NCBI GenBank assembly: GCA_964016885.1
Contig: OZ024745.1
Span: 42,222,001 to 42,286,000, forward strand
Source: Eledone cirrhosa
Taxonomy: Eukaryota
DNA: 64,000 nt
Direction: 5' to 3'
A model generated the notes under the pieces. The model saw nothing but the letters and a program-made list of their open reading frames with translations, was not told where the DNA came from and did no database searches. This document shows positions 37,260 to 50,650 of the stretch, one piece after another. Made by a program: the position numbers and the translations under genes. Numbering within the stretch: position 1 is the first letter of the stretch; every line of letters begins with the position of its first letter.

Positions 37260-40200
37260 AGGCAATAGAATGCAGAGTGACTCCTGGCTTCAGTGCACTA
37301 TAGGCTCACCTTATTGCAGATGACTAGATGACTAGGCAATAGAATGCAGTGTGACTCCTGGCTTCAGTGAACTATAGTCTCACCTTATTGCAGATGACTA
37401 GATGACTAGGCAAAAGAATGCAGAGTGACTCCTGGCTTCAGTGAACTATAGTCTCACCTTATTGCAGATGACTAGAAGACTAGGCAATAGAATGCAAAGT
37501 GACTCCTGGCTTTTGTGAACTGTAGTCTAACCATTGTTGCAGATGATTAGATGACTAGGCAATAGAATGCAGAGTGACTCCTGGCTTCGTTGAAGTATAG
37601 TCTAACCATTGTTGCAGATGACTTGATGACTAGTAAATACAATGCAGAGTGACTCCTGGCTTCAGGGAAGTATAGTCTCACCTTATTGCAGATGACTAGA
37701 TGATTAGGCAATAGAATGCAGAGTGACTCCTGGCTTCAGTGAAGTATAGTCTAACCATTGTTGCAATAGAAGTATAGTCTAACCATTGTTGCAGATGACT
37801 AGATGGCTAGGCAATAGAATGCAGAGTGACTAGGCAATAGAATGCAGAATGACTCCTGGCTTCTGTGAACTATAGTCCCACCTTATTGCAGATGACTAGA
37901 TTAACGCAATAGAATGCAGAGTGACTCCTGGCTTCAGTGAACTATAGTCTCACATTATTGCAGATGACTAGAAGACTAGGCAATAGAATGCAGAGTGACT
38001 CCCGGCTTCTGTGAACTGTAGTATAACCATTGTTGCAGATGACTAGATGACTAGGCAATAGATTGCAGAGTGACTCCGGGTTCAGTGAAGTATAGTCTCA
38101 CCTTATTGCAGATGACGAGATGACTAGGCAATAGAATGCAGAGTGACTCCTGGCTACAGTGAACTATAGTCTCACCTTATTGCAGATGACTAGATGACTA
38201 GGCAATAGAATGCAGAGGGACTCCTGGCTTCAGTGAACTATAGTCTCACCTTATTGCAGATGACTAGATGACTAGGCAATAGAATGCAGAATGACTCCTT
38301 GCTTCAGTGAAGTATAGTCTAACCATTGTTGCAGATGACTAGATGGCTAGGCAATAGAATGCAGAGTGACTCCTGGCTTCTGTGAACTATAGTCTCATCT
38401 TATTGCAGATGACTAGATGACTAGGCAATAGAATGCAGAGTGACTCCTGGCTTCAGTGGAGTATAGTCTAACCATCTTTGCAGATGACTAGATGACTAGG
38501 CAATAGAATGCAGAGTGACTCCTGGCTTCAGTGAACTATAGGCTCACCTTATTGCAGATGACTAGATGACTAAGCAAAAGAATGCAGAGTGACTGCTGGC
38601 TTCAGTGAACTATAGTCTCACCTTATTGCAGATGACTAGATGACTAGGTAATAGAATACAGAGGGACTCCTGGCTTCAGTGAACTATAGTCTCAGCTTAT
38701 TGCGGAATGACTAGATGACTAGGCAATAGAATGCAGAGTGACTCCTGACTTCAATTAACTATAGACTCACCTTATTGCAGATGATTAGATGACTAGGCAA
38801 TAGAATGCAGAATGACTCCTGGCTTCTGTGAACTATAGTCCCACCTTATTGCAGATGACTAGATTAACGCAATAGAATGCAGAATGACTCCTGGCTTCAG
38901 TGAACTATAGTCTCACATTATTGCAGATGACTAGAAGACTAGGCAATAGAATGCAGAGTGACTCCTGGCTTCTGTGAACTGTAGTATAACCATTGTTGCA
39001 GATGACTAGATGACTAGGCAATAGATTGCAGAGTGACTCCGGGTTCAGTGAAGTATAGTCTCACCTTATTGCAGATGACTAGATGACTAGGCAATAGAAT
39101 GCAGAGTGACTCCTGGCTACAGTGAACTATAGTCTCACCTTATTGCAGATGACTAGGCAATAGAATGCAGAGGGACTCCTGGCTTCAGTGAACTATAGTC
39201 TCACCTTATTGCAGATGACTAGATGACTAGGCAATAGAATGCAGAATGACTCCTTGCTTCAGTGAAGTATAGTCTAACCATTGTTGCAGATGACTAGATG
39301 GCTAGGCAATAGAATGCAGAGTGACTCCTGGCTTCTGTGAACTATAGTCTCACCTTATTGCAGATGACTAGATGACTGGGCAATAGATTGCAGTGACTCC
39401 TGGCTTCTGTGAACTATAGTCTAACCATTGTTGCAGATGACTAGATGACTAGGCAATAGATTGCAGAGTGACTCCTGGCTTCGTTGAAGTATAGTCTAAC
39501 CCTTGTTGCAGATGACTTGATGACTAGGCAATTCAATGCAGAGTGACTCCTGGCTTCAGTGAACTATAGTCTCACCTTGTTGCAGATGACTAGATGACTG
39601 GGCAATAGAATGCAGAGTGACTCCTGGCTTCAGTGAACTATAGTCTCACCTTATTACAGATGACTAGATGACTACGCAATAGAATGCAGAGTGACTCCTG
39701 GCTTCGGTGAAGTATAGTCTAACCATTGTTGCAGATGACTAGATGACTAGGCAATACAATGCAGAGTGACTCCTGGCTTCAGTGAAGTTCAGTCTGACCT
39801 TATTGCAGATGACTAAATGACTAGACAATAGAATGCAGAGTGACTCCTGGCTTCTGTGAACTATAGACTCACCTTATTGCTGATGACTAGATGACTACGG
39901 AATAGAATGCAGAGTGACTCCTGGCTTCAGGGAACTATAGTCTCACATTATTGCAGATGACTAGAAAACTAGGCAATAGAATGCAGAGTGACTCCTGGCT
40001 GCTGTGAACTGTAGTCTAGCCATTGTTGCAGATGACTAGATGACTAGGCAATAGATTGCAGAGTGACTCCGGGCTTCAGTGAAGTATAGTCTCACCTTAT
40101 TGCAGATGACTAGATGACTAGGCAATAGAATGCAGAGTGACTCCTGGCTTCAGTGAACTATAGTCTCACCTTATTGCAGATGACTAGATGACTAGGCAGT

Positions 40201-43200
40201 AGAATGCAGAGTGACTCCTGGCTTCAGTGAAGTTTAGTCTAATCATTGTTGCAGATGACTAGATGACTAGGCAATAGAATGCAGAGTGACTCCTGGCTTC
40301 AGTAAGCTATAGTGTCACCTTATTGCAGATGACTAGATGACTAGGCAATAGAATGCAGTGACTCCTGGCTTCTGTGAACTATAGTCTAACCATTGTTGCA
40401 GATGTCTAGATGACTAGGCAATAGATTGGAGAGTGACTCCTGGCTTCAGTGAACTATAGTCTCACCTTATTGCAGATGACTAGATGACTGGGCAATAGAA
40501 TGCAGTGACTCCTGGCTTCTGTGAATTATAGTCTAACCATTGTTGCAGATGACTAGAAGACTAGGCAATAGATTGCAGTGTAACTACGGGCTTCAGTGAA
40601 GTATTGTCTCACCTTATAGAAGATGACTAGATGACTAGTCAATAGAATGCAGAGTGAATCCTGGCTTCAGTGAACTATAGTCTCACCTTATTGCAGATGA
40701 CTAGATGACTAGGCAATAGAATGCAGTGACTCCTGGCTTCTGTGAACTATAGTCTAACCATTGTTGCAGATGACTAGATGACTAGGCAATAGAATGCAGA
40801 GTGACTCCTGGCTTCGTTGAAGTATAGTCTAACCATTGTTGCAGATGACTTGATGACTAGTAAATACAATGCAGAGTGACTCCTGGCTTCAGGGAAGTAT
40901 AGTCTCACCTTATTGCAGATGACTAGATGATTAGGCAATAGAATGCAGAGTGACTCCTGGCTTCAGTGAAGTATAGTCTAACCATTGTTGCAATAGAAGT
41001 ATAGTCTAACCATTGTTGCAGATGACTAGATGACTAGGCAATAGAATGCAGAGTGACTAGGCAATAGAATGCAGAATGACTCCTGGCTTCTGTGAACTAT
41101 AGTCCCACCTTATTGCAGATGACTAGATTAACGCAATAGAATGCAGAGTGACTCCTGGCTTCAGTGAACTATAGTCTCACATTATTGCAGATGACTAGAA
41201 GACTAGGCAATAGAATGCAGAGTGACTCCTGGCTTCTGTGAACTGTAGTATAACCATTGTTGCAGATGACTAGATGACTAGGCAATAGATTGCAGAGAGA
41301 CTCCGGGTTCAGTGAAGTATAGTCTCACCTTATTGCAGATGACTAGATGACTAGGCAATAGAAAGCAGAGTGACTCCTGGCTACAGTGAACTATAGTCTC
41401 ACCTTATTGCAGATGACTAGATGACTAGGCAATAGAATGCAGAGGGACTCCTGGCTTCAGTGAACTATAGTCTCACCTTATTGCAGATGACTAGATGACT
41501 AGGCAATAGAATGCAGAATGACTCCTTGCTTCAGTGAAGTATAGTCTAACCATTGTTGCAGATGACTAGATGGCTAGGCAATAGAATGCAGAGTGACTCC
41601 TGGCTTCTGTGAACTATAGTCTCACCTTATTGCAGATGACTAGATGACTAGGCAATAGAATGCAGAGTGACTCCTGGCTTCAGTGGAGTATAGTCTAACC
41701 ATCTTTGCAGATGACTAGATGACTAGGCAATAGAATGCAGAGTGACTCCTGGCTTCAGTGAACTATAGGCTCACCTTATTGCAGATGACTAGATGACTAA
41801 GCAAAAGAATGCAGAGTGACTGCTGGCTTCAGTGAACTATAGTCTCACCTTATTGCAGATGATTAGATGACTAGGTAATAGAATACAGAGGGACTCCTAG
41901 CTTCAGTCAACTATAGTCTCAGCTTATTGCGGAATGACTAGATGACTAGGCAATAGAATGCAGAGTGACTCCTCACTTCAATTAACTATAGACTCACCTT
42001 ATTGCAGATGATTAGATGACTAGGCAAAAGAATGCAGAGTGACTCCGGGTTTCAATGAACTATAGTCTCACCTTATTGCAGATGACTAGATGACTAGGCA
42101 ATAGAATGCAGAGTAAATCCTGGTTTCAGTGAACTATAGTCTAACCATTGTTGAAGATGACTAGATGACTAGGCATAGAATGCAGAGAGACTCCTGGCTT
42201 CTGTGAACTATAGGCTCACCTTATTGCAGATGACTAGATTACTACGCAATAGAATGCAGAGTGACTCCTGGCTTCAGTGAACTATAGTCTCACATTATTG
42301 CAGATGACTAGAAGAATAGGCAATAGAATGCAGAGTGACTCCTGGCTTCTGTGAACTGTAGTCTAACCATTGTTTCAGATGACTAGATGAGTAGGCAATA
42401 GAATGCAGAGGGACTCCTGGCTTCAGTGAACTATAGTCTCACCTTATTGCAGATGACTAGATGACTAGGCAATAGAATGCAGAGTGACTCCTGGCTTCAG
42501 TGAAGTATAGTCTAACCATTGTTGCAGATGAATAGATGATTAGGCAATAGAATGCAGAGGGACTCCTGGCTTCAGTGAACTATAGTCTCACCTTATTGCA
42601 GATGACTAGATGACTAGGCAATAGAATGCAGAGTGACTCCTGGCTTCGGTAAAGTATAGTCTAACCTTTGTTGCAGATGACCAGATGACTAGGCAATAGA
42701 ATGCAGAGTGACTCCTGGCTTCAGTGAACTATAGTCTCACCTTATTGCAGATGACTAGATGACTAGGCAATAGAATGCAGAGTGACTCCTGGCTTCAGTG
42801 AAGTATAGTCTAACCATTGTTGCAGATGACTAGATGACTAGGCAATAGAATGCAGAATGACTCCTGGCTTCAGTGAACTATAGTCTCAACTTATTGCAGA
42901 TGACTAGATGACTAGGCAATAGAATGGAGAGTGACTCCTGGCTTCTGTGAACTGTAGTCTAATCATTGTTGCAGATGACTAGATGACTAGGCAATAGATT
43001 GCAGAGTGACTGCGGGCTTCAGTGAAGTATAGTCTCACCTTATTGCAGATGACTAGATGACAAGGCAAAAGAATGCGGAGTGACTCCGGTTTTCAATGAA
43101 CTATAGTCTCACATTATTGCAGATGACTAGATGACTAGGCAATAGAATGCAGTGACTCCTGGCTTCAGTGAAGTATAGTCTAACCATTGTTTCAGATGAC

Positions 43201-46200
43201 TAAATGACTAGGCAATAGAATGCAGAATGACTCCTGGCTTCTGTGAACTATATTCCCACCTTATTGCAGATGACTAGATTACTACGCAATAGAATGCAGA
43301 GTGACTCCAGGCTTCAGTGAACTATAGTCTCACATTATTGCAGATGACTAGAAGACTAGGCAGTAGAATGCAGAGTGACTCATGGCTTCTGTGAACTGTA
43401 GTATAATCATTGTTGCAGATGACTAGATGACTAGGCAATAGATTGCAGAGTGACTCCGGGTTCAGTGAACTATAGTCTCACCATATTTCAGATGACTAGA
43501 TGACTAGGCAATAGAATGCAGAGTGACTCCTGGCTTCAGTGAACTATAGGCTCACCTTATTGCAGATGACTAGATGACTAGGCAATAGAATGCAGAGTGA
43601 CTCCTGGCTTCAGTGAACTATAGTCTCACCTTATTGCAGAAGACTAGATGACTAGGCAAAAGAATGCAGAGTGACTCCTAGCTTCAGTGAACTATAGTCT
43701 CACCTTATTGCAGATGACTAGATGACTAGGCAATAGATTGCAGAGTGACTCCGGGTTCAGTGAACTATAGTCTCACCATATTTCAGATGACTAGATGACT
43801 AGGCAATAGAATGCAGAGTGACTCCTGGCTTCAGTGAACTATAGGCTCACCTTATTGCAGATGACTAGATGACTAGGCAATAGAATGCAGAGTGACTCCT
43901 GGCTTCATGGAAGTATAGTCTCACCTTATTGCAGATGACTAGATGATTAGGCAATAGAATGCAGAGTGACTCCTGGCTTCAGTGAACTATAGTGTCACCT
44001 TATTGCAGATGATTAGATGACTACGCAATAGAATGCAGAGTGACTCCTGGCTTCAGTGCACTATAGGCTCACCTTATTGCAGATGACTAGATGACTAGGC
44101 AATAGAATGCAGTGTGACTCCTGGCTTCAGTGAACTATAGTCTCACCTTATTGCAGATGACTAGATGACAAGGCAAAAGAATGCAGAGTGACTCCTGGCT
44201 TCAGTGAACTATAGTCTCACCTTATTGCAGATGACTAGAAGACTAGGCAATAGAATGCAAAGTGACTCCTGGCTTTTGTGAACTGTAGTCTAACCATTGT
44301 TGCAGATGATTAGATGACTAGGCAATAGAATGCAGAGTGACTCCTGGCTTCGTTGAAGTATAGTCTAACCATTGTTGCAGATGACTTGATGACTAGTAAA
44401 TACAATGCAGAGCGACTCCTGGCTTCATGGAAGTATAGTCTCACCTTATTGCAGATGACTAGATGATTAGGCAATAGAATGCAGAGTGACTCCTGGCTTC
44501 AGTGAAGTATAGTCTAACCATTGTTGCAATAGAAGTATAGTCTAACCATTGTTGCAGATGACTAGATGGCTAGGCAATAGAATGCAGAGTGACTAGGCAA
44601 TAGAATGTAGAATGACTCCTGGCTTCTGTGAACTATAGTCCCACCTTATTGCAGATGACTAGATTAACGCAATAGAATGCAGAGTGACTCCTGGCTTCAG
44701 TGAACTATAGTCTCACATTATTGCAGATGACTAGAAGACTAGGCAATAGAATGCAGAGTGACTCCCGGCTTCTGTGAACTGTAGTATAACCATTGTTGCA
44801 GATGACTAGATGACTAGGCAATAGATTGCAGAGTGACTCCGGGTTCAGTGAAGTATAGTCTCACCTTATTGCAGATGACGAGATGACTAGGCAATAGAAT
44901 GCAGAGTGACTCCTGGCTACAGTGAACTATAGTCTCACCTTATTGCAGATGACTAGATGACTAGGCAATAGAATGCAGAGGGACTCCTGGCTTCAGTGAA
45001 CTATAGTCTCACCTTATTGCAGATGACTAGATGACTAGGCAATAGAATGCAGAATGACTCCTTGCTTCAGTGAAGTATAGTCTAACCATTGTTGCAGATG
45101 ACTAGATGGCTAGGCAATAGAATGCAGAGTGACTCCTGGCTTCTGTGAACTATAGTCTCATCTTATTGCAGATGACTAGATGACTAGGCAATAGAATGCA
45201 GAGTGACTCCTGGCTTCAGTGGAGTATAGTCTAACCATCTTTGCAGATGACTAGATGACTAGGCAATAGAATGCAGAGTGACTCCTGGCTTCAGTGAACT
45301 ATAGGCTCACCTTATTGCAGATGACTAGATGACTAAGCAAAAGAATGCAGAGTGACTGCTGGCTTCAGTGAACTATAGTCTCACCTTATTGCAGATGACT
45401 AGATGACTAGGTAATAGAATACAGAGGGACTCCTGGCTTCAGTGAACTATAGTCTCAGCTTATTGCGGAATGACTAGATGACTAGGCAATAGAATGCAGA
45501 GTGACTCCTGACTTCAATTAACTATAGACTCACCTTATTGCAGATGATTAGATGACTAGGCAATAGAATGCAGAATGACTCCTGGCTTCTGTGAACTATA
45601 GTCCCACCTTATTGCAGATGACTAGATTAACGCAATAGAATGCAGAATGACTCCTGGCTTCAGTGAACTATAGTCTCACATTATTGCAGATGACTAGAAG
45701 ACTAGGCAATAGAATGCAGAGTGACTCCTGGCTTCTGTGAACTGTAGTATAACCATTGTTGCAGATGACTAGATGACTAGGCAATAGATTGCAGAGTGAC
45801 TCCGGGTTCAGTGAAGTATAGTCTCACCTTATTGCAGATGACTAGATGACTAGGCAATAGAATGCAGAGTGACTCCTGGCTACAGTGAACTATAGTCTCA
45901 CCTTATTGCAGATGACTAGGCAATAGAATGCAGAGGGACTCCTGGCTTCAGTGAACTATAGTCTCACCTTATTGCAGATGACTAGATGACTAGGCAATAG
46001 AATGCAGAATGACTCCTTGCTTCAGTGAAGTATAGTCTAACCATTGTTGCAGATGACTAGATGGCTAGGCAATAGAATGCAGAGTGACTCCTGGCTTCTG
46101 TGAACTATAGTCTCACCTTATTGCAGATGACTAGATGACTGGGCAATAGATTGCAGTGACTCCTGGCTTCTGTGAACTATAGTCTAACCATTGTTGCAGA

Positions 46201-49200
46201 TGACTAGATGACTAGGCAATAGATTGCAGAGTGACTCCTGGCTTCGTTGAAGTATAGTCTAACCCTTGTTGCAGATGACTTGATGACTAGGCAATTCAAT
46301 GCAGAGTGACTCCTGGCTTCAGTGAACTATAGTCTCACCTTGTTGCAGATGACTAGATGACTGGGCAATAGAATGCAGAGTGACTCCTGGCTTCAGTGAA
46401 CTATAGTCTCACCTTATTACAGATGACTAGATGACTACGCAATAGAATGCAGAGTGACTCCTGGCTTCGGTGAAGTATAGTCTAACCATTGTTGCAGATG
46501 ACTAGATGACTAGGCAATACAATGCAGAGTGACTCCTGGCTTCAGTGAAGTTCAGTCTGACCTTATTGCAGATGACTAAATGACTAGACAATAGAATGCA
46601 GAGTGACTCCTGGCTTCTGTGAACTATAGACTCACCTTATTGCTGATGACTAGATGACTACGGAATAGAATGCAGAGTGACTCCTGGCTTCAGGGAACTA
46701 TAGTCTCACATTATTGCAGATGACTAGAAAACTAGGCAATAGAATGCAGAGTGACTCCTGGCTGCTGTGAACTGTAGTCTAGCCATTGTTGCAGATGACT
46801 AGATGACTAGGCAATAGATTGCAGAGTGACTCCGGGCTTCAGTGAAGTATAGTCTCACCTTATTGCAGATGACTAGATGACTAGGCAATAGAATGCAGAG
46901 TGACTCCTGGCTTCAGTGAACTATAGTCTCACCTTATTGCAGATGACTAGATGACTAGGCAGTAGAATGCAGAGTGACTCCTGGCTTCAGTGAAGTTTAG
47001 TCTAATCATTGTTGCAGATGACTAGATGACTAGGCAATAGAATGCAGAGTGACTCCTGGCTTCAGTAAGCTATAGTGTCACCTTATTGCAGATGACTAGA
47101 TGACTAGGCAATAGAATGCAGTGACTCCTGGCTTCTGTGAACTATAGTCTAACCATTGTTGCAGATGTCTAGATGACTAGGCAATAGATTGGAGAGTGAC
47201 TCCTGGCTTCAGTGAACTATAGTCTCACCTTATTGCAGATGACTAGATGACTGGGCAATAGAATGCAGTGACTCCTGGCTTCTGTGAATTATAGTCTAAC
47301 CATTGTTGCAGATGACTAGAAGACTAGGCAATAGATTGCAGTGTAACTACGGGCTTCAGTGAAGTATTGTCTCACCTTATAGAAGATGACTAGATGACTA
47401 GTCAATAGAATGCAGAGTGAATCCTGGCTTCAGTGAACTATAGTCTCACCTTATTGCAGATGACTAGATGACTAGGCAATAGAATGCAGTGACTCCTGGC
47501 TTCTGTGAACTATAGTCTAACCATTGTTGCAGATGACTAGATGACTAGGCAATAGAATGCAGAGTGACTCCTGGCTTCGTTGAAGTATAGTCTAACCATT
47601 GTTGCAGATGACTTGATGACTAGTAAATACAATGCAGAGTGACTCCTGGCTTCAGGGAAGTATAGTCTCACCTTATTGCAGATGACTAGATGATTAGGCA
47701 ATAGAATGCAGAGTGACTCCTGGCTTCAGTGAAGTATAGTCTAACCATTGTTGCAATAGAAGTATAGTCTAACCATTGTTGCAGATGACTAGATGACTAG
47801 GCAATAGAATGCAGAGTGACTAGGCAATAGAATGCAGAATGACTCCTGGCTTCTGTGAACTATAGTCCCACCTTATTGCAGATGACTAGATTAACGCAAT
47901 AGAATGCAGAGTGACTCCTGGCTTCAGTGAACTATAGTCTCACATTATTGCAGATGACTAGAAGACTAGGCAATAGAATGCAGAGTGACTCCTGGCTTCT
48001 GTGAACTGTAGTATAACCATTGTTGCAGATGACTAGATGACTAGGCAATAGATTGCAGAGAGACTCCGGGTTCAGTGAAGTATAGTCTCACCTTATTGCA
48101 GATGACTAGATGACTAGGCAATAGAAAGCAGAGTGACTCCTGGCTACAGTGAACTATAGTCTCACCTTATTGCAGATGACTAGATGACTAGGCAATAGAA
48201 TGCAGAGGGACTCCTGGCTTCAGTGAACTATAGTCTCACCTTATTGCAGATGACTAGATGACTAGGCAATAGAATGCAGAATGACTCCTTGCTTCAGTGA
48301 AGTATAGTCTAACCATTGTTGCAGATGACTAGATGGCTAGGCAATAGAATGCAGAGTGACTCCTGGCTTCTGTGAACTATAGTCTCACCTTATTGCAGAT
48401 GACTAGATGACTAGGCAATAGAATGCAGAGTGACTCCTGGCTTCAGTGGAGTATAGTCTAACCATCTTTGCAGATGACTAGATGACTAGGCAATAGAATG
48501 CAGAGTGACTCCTGGCTTCAGTGAACTATAGGCTCACCTTATTGCAGATGACTAGATGACTAAGCAAAAGAATGCAGAGTGACTGCTGGCTTCAGTGAAC
48601 TATAGTCTCACCTTATTGCAGATGATTAGATGACTAGGTAATAGAATACAGAGGGACTCCTAGCTTCAGTCAACTATAGTCTCAGCTTATTGCGGAATGA
48701 CTAGATGACTAGGCAATAGAATGCAGAGTGACTCCTCACTTCAATTAACTATAGACTCACCTTATTGCAGATGATTAGATGACTAGGCAAAAGAATGCAG
48801 AGTGACTCCGGGTTTCAATGAACTATAGTCTCACCTTATTGCAGATGACTAGATGACTAGGCAATAGAATGCAGAGTAAATCCTGGTTTCAGTGAACTAT
48901 AGTCTAACCATTGTTGAAGATGACTAGATGACTAGGCATAGAATGCAGAGAGACTCCTGGCTTCTGTGAACTATAGGCTCACCTTATTGCAGATGACTAG
49001 ATTACTACGCAATAGAATGCAGAGTGACTCCTGGCTTCAGTGAACTATAGTCTCACATTATTGCAGATGACTAGAAGAATAGGCAATAGAATGCAGAGTG
49101 ACTCCTGGCTTCTGTGAACTGTAGTCTAACCATTGTTTCAGATGACTAGATGAGTAGGCAATAGAATGCAGAGGGACTCCTGGCTTCAGTGAACTATAGT

Positions 49201-50650
49201 CTCACCTTATTGCAGATGACTAGATGACTAGGCAATAGAATGCAGAGTGACTCCTGGCTTCAGTGAAGTATAGTCTAACCATTGTTGCAGATGAATAGAT
49301 GATTAGGCAATAGAATGCAGAGGGACTCCTGGCTTCAGTGAACTATAGTCTCACCTTATTGCAGATGACTAGATGACTAGGCAATAGAATGCAGAGTGAC
49401 TCCTGGCTTCGGTAAAGTATAGTCTAACCTTTGTTGCAGATGACCAGATGACTAGGCAATAGAATGCAGAGTGACTCCTGGCTTCAGTGAACTATAGTCT
49501 CACCTTATTGCAGATGACTAGATGACTAGGCAATAGAATGCAGAGTGACTCCTGGCTTCAGTGAAGTATAGTCTAACCATTGTTGCAGATGACTAGATGA
49601 CTAGGCAATAGAATGCAGAATGACTCCTGGCTTCAGTGAACTATAGTCTCAACTTATTGCAGATGACTAGATGACTAGGCAATAGAATGGAGAGTGACTC
49701 CTGGCTTCTGTGAACTGTAGTCTAATCATTGTTGCAGATGACTAGATGACTAGGCAATAGATTGCAGAGTGACTGCGGGCTTCAGTGAAGTATAGTCTCA
49801 CCTTATTGCAGATGACTAGATGACAAGGCAAAAGAATGCGGAGTGACTCCGGTTTTCAATGAACTATAGTCTCACATTATTGCAGATGACTAGATGACTA
49901 GGCAATAGAATGCAGTGACTCCTGGCTTCAGTGAAGTATAGTCTAACCATTGTTTCAGATGACTAAATGACTAGGCAATAGAATGCAGAATGACTCCTGG
50001 CTTCTGTGAACTATATTCCCACCTTATTGCAGATGACTAGATTACTACGCAATAGAATGCAGAGTGACTCCAGGCTTCAGTGAACTATAGTCTCACATTA
50101 TTGCAGATGACTAGAAGACTAGGCAGTAGAATGCAGAGTGACTCATGGCTTCTGTGAACTGTAGTATAATCATTGTTGCAGATGACTAGATGACTAGGCA
50201 ATAGATTGCAGAGTGACTCCGGGTTCAGTGAACTATAGTCTCACCATATTTCAGATGACTAGATGACTAGGCAATAGAATGCAGAGTGACTCCTGGCTTC
50301 AGTGAACTATAGGCTCACCTTATTGCAGATGACTAGATGACTAGGCAATAGAATGCAGAGTGACTCCTGGCTTCAGTGAACTATAGTCTCACCTTATTGC
50401 AGAAGACTAGATGACTAGGCAAAAGAATGCAGAGTGACTCCTGGCTTCAGTGAACTATAGTCTCACCTTATTGCAGATGACTAGATGACTAGGCAATAGA
50501 TTGCAGAGTGACTCCGGGTTCAGTGAACTATAGTCTCACCATATTTCAGATGACTAGATGACTAGGCAATAGAATGCAGAGTGACTCCTGGCTTCAGTGA
50601 ACTATAGGCTCACCTTATTGCAGATGACTAGATGACTAGGCAATAGAATG
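37260..50650. repeat. Tandem duplication of a 6763-bp (~91-monomer) block
   Basis: CCCGGCTT at 38001/44764 and ATTCAATG at 39531/46294, both offset 6763. An 8-bp deletion (~39145/45908) and TTATAGAAG, GAAAGCAG and CCATATTTC are shared. Confidence 0.9.
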
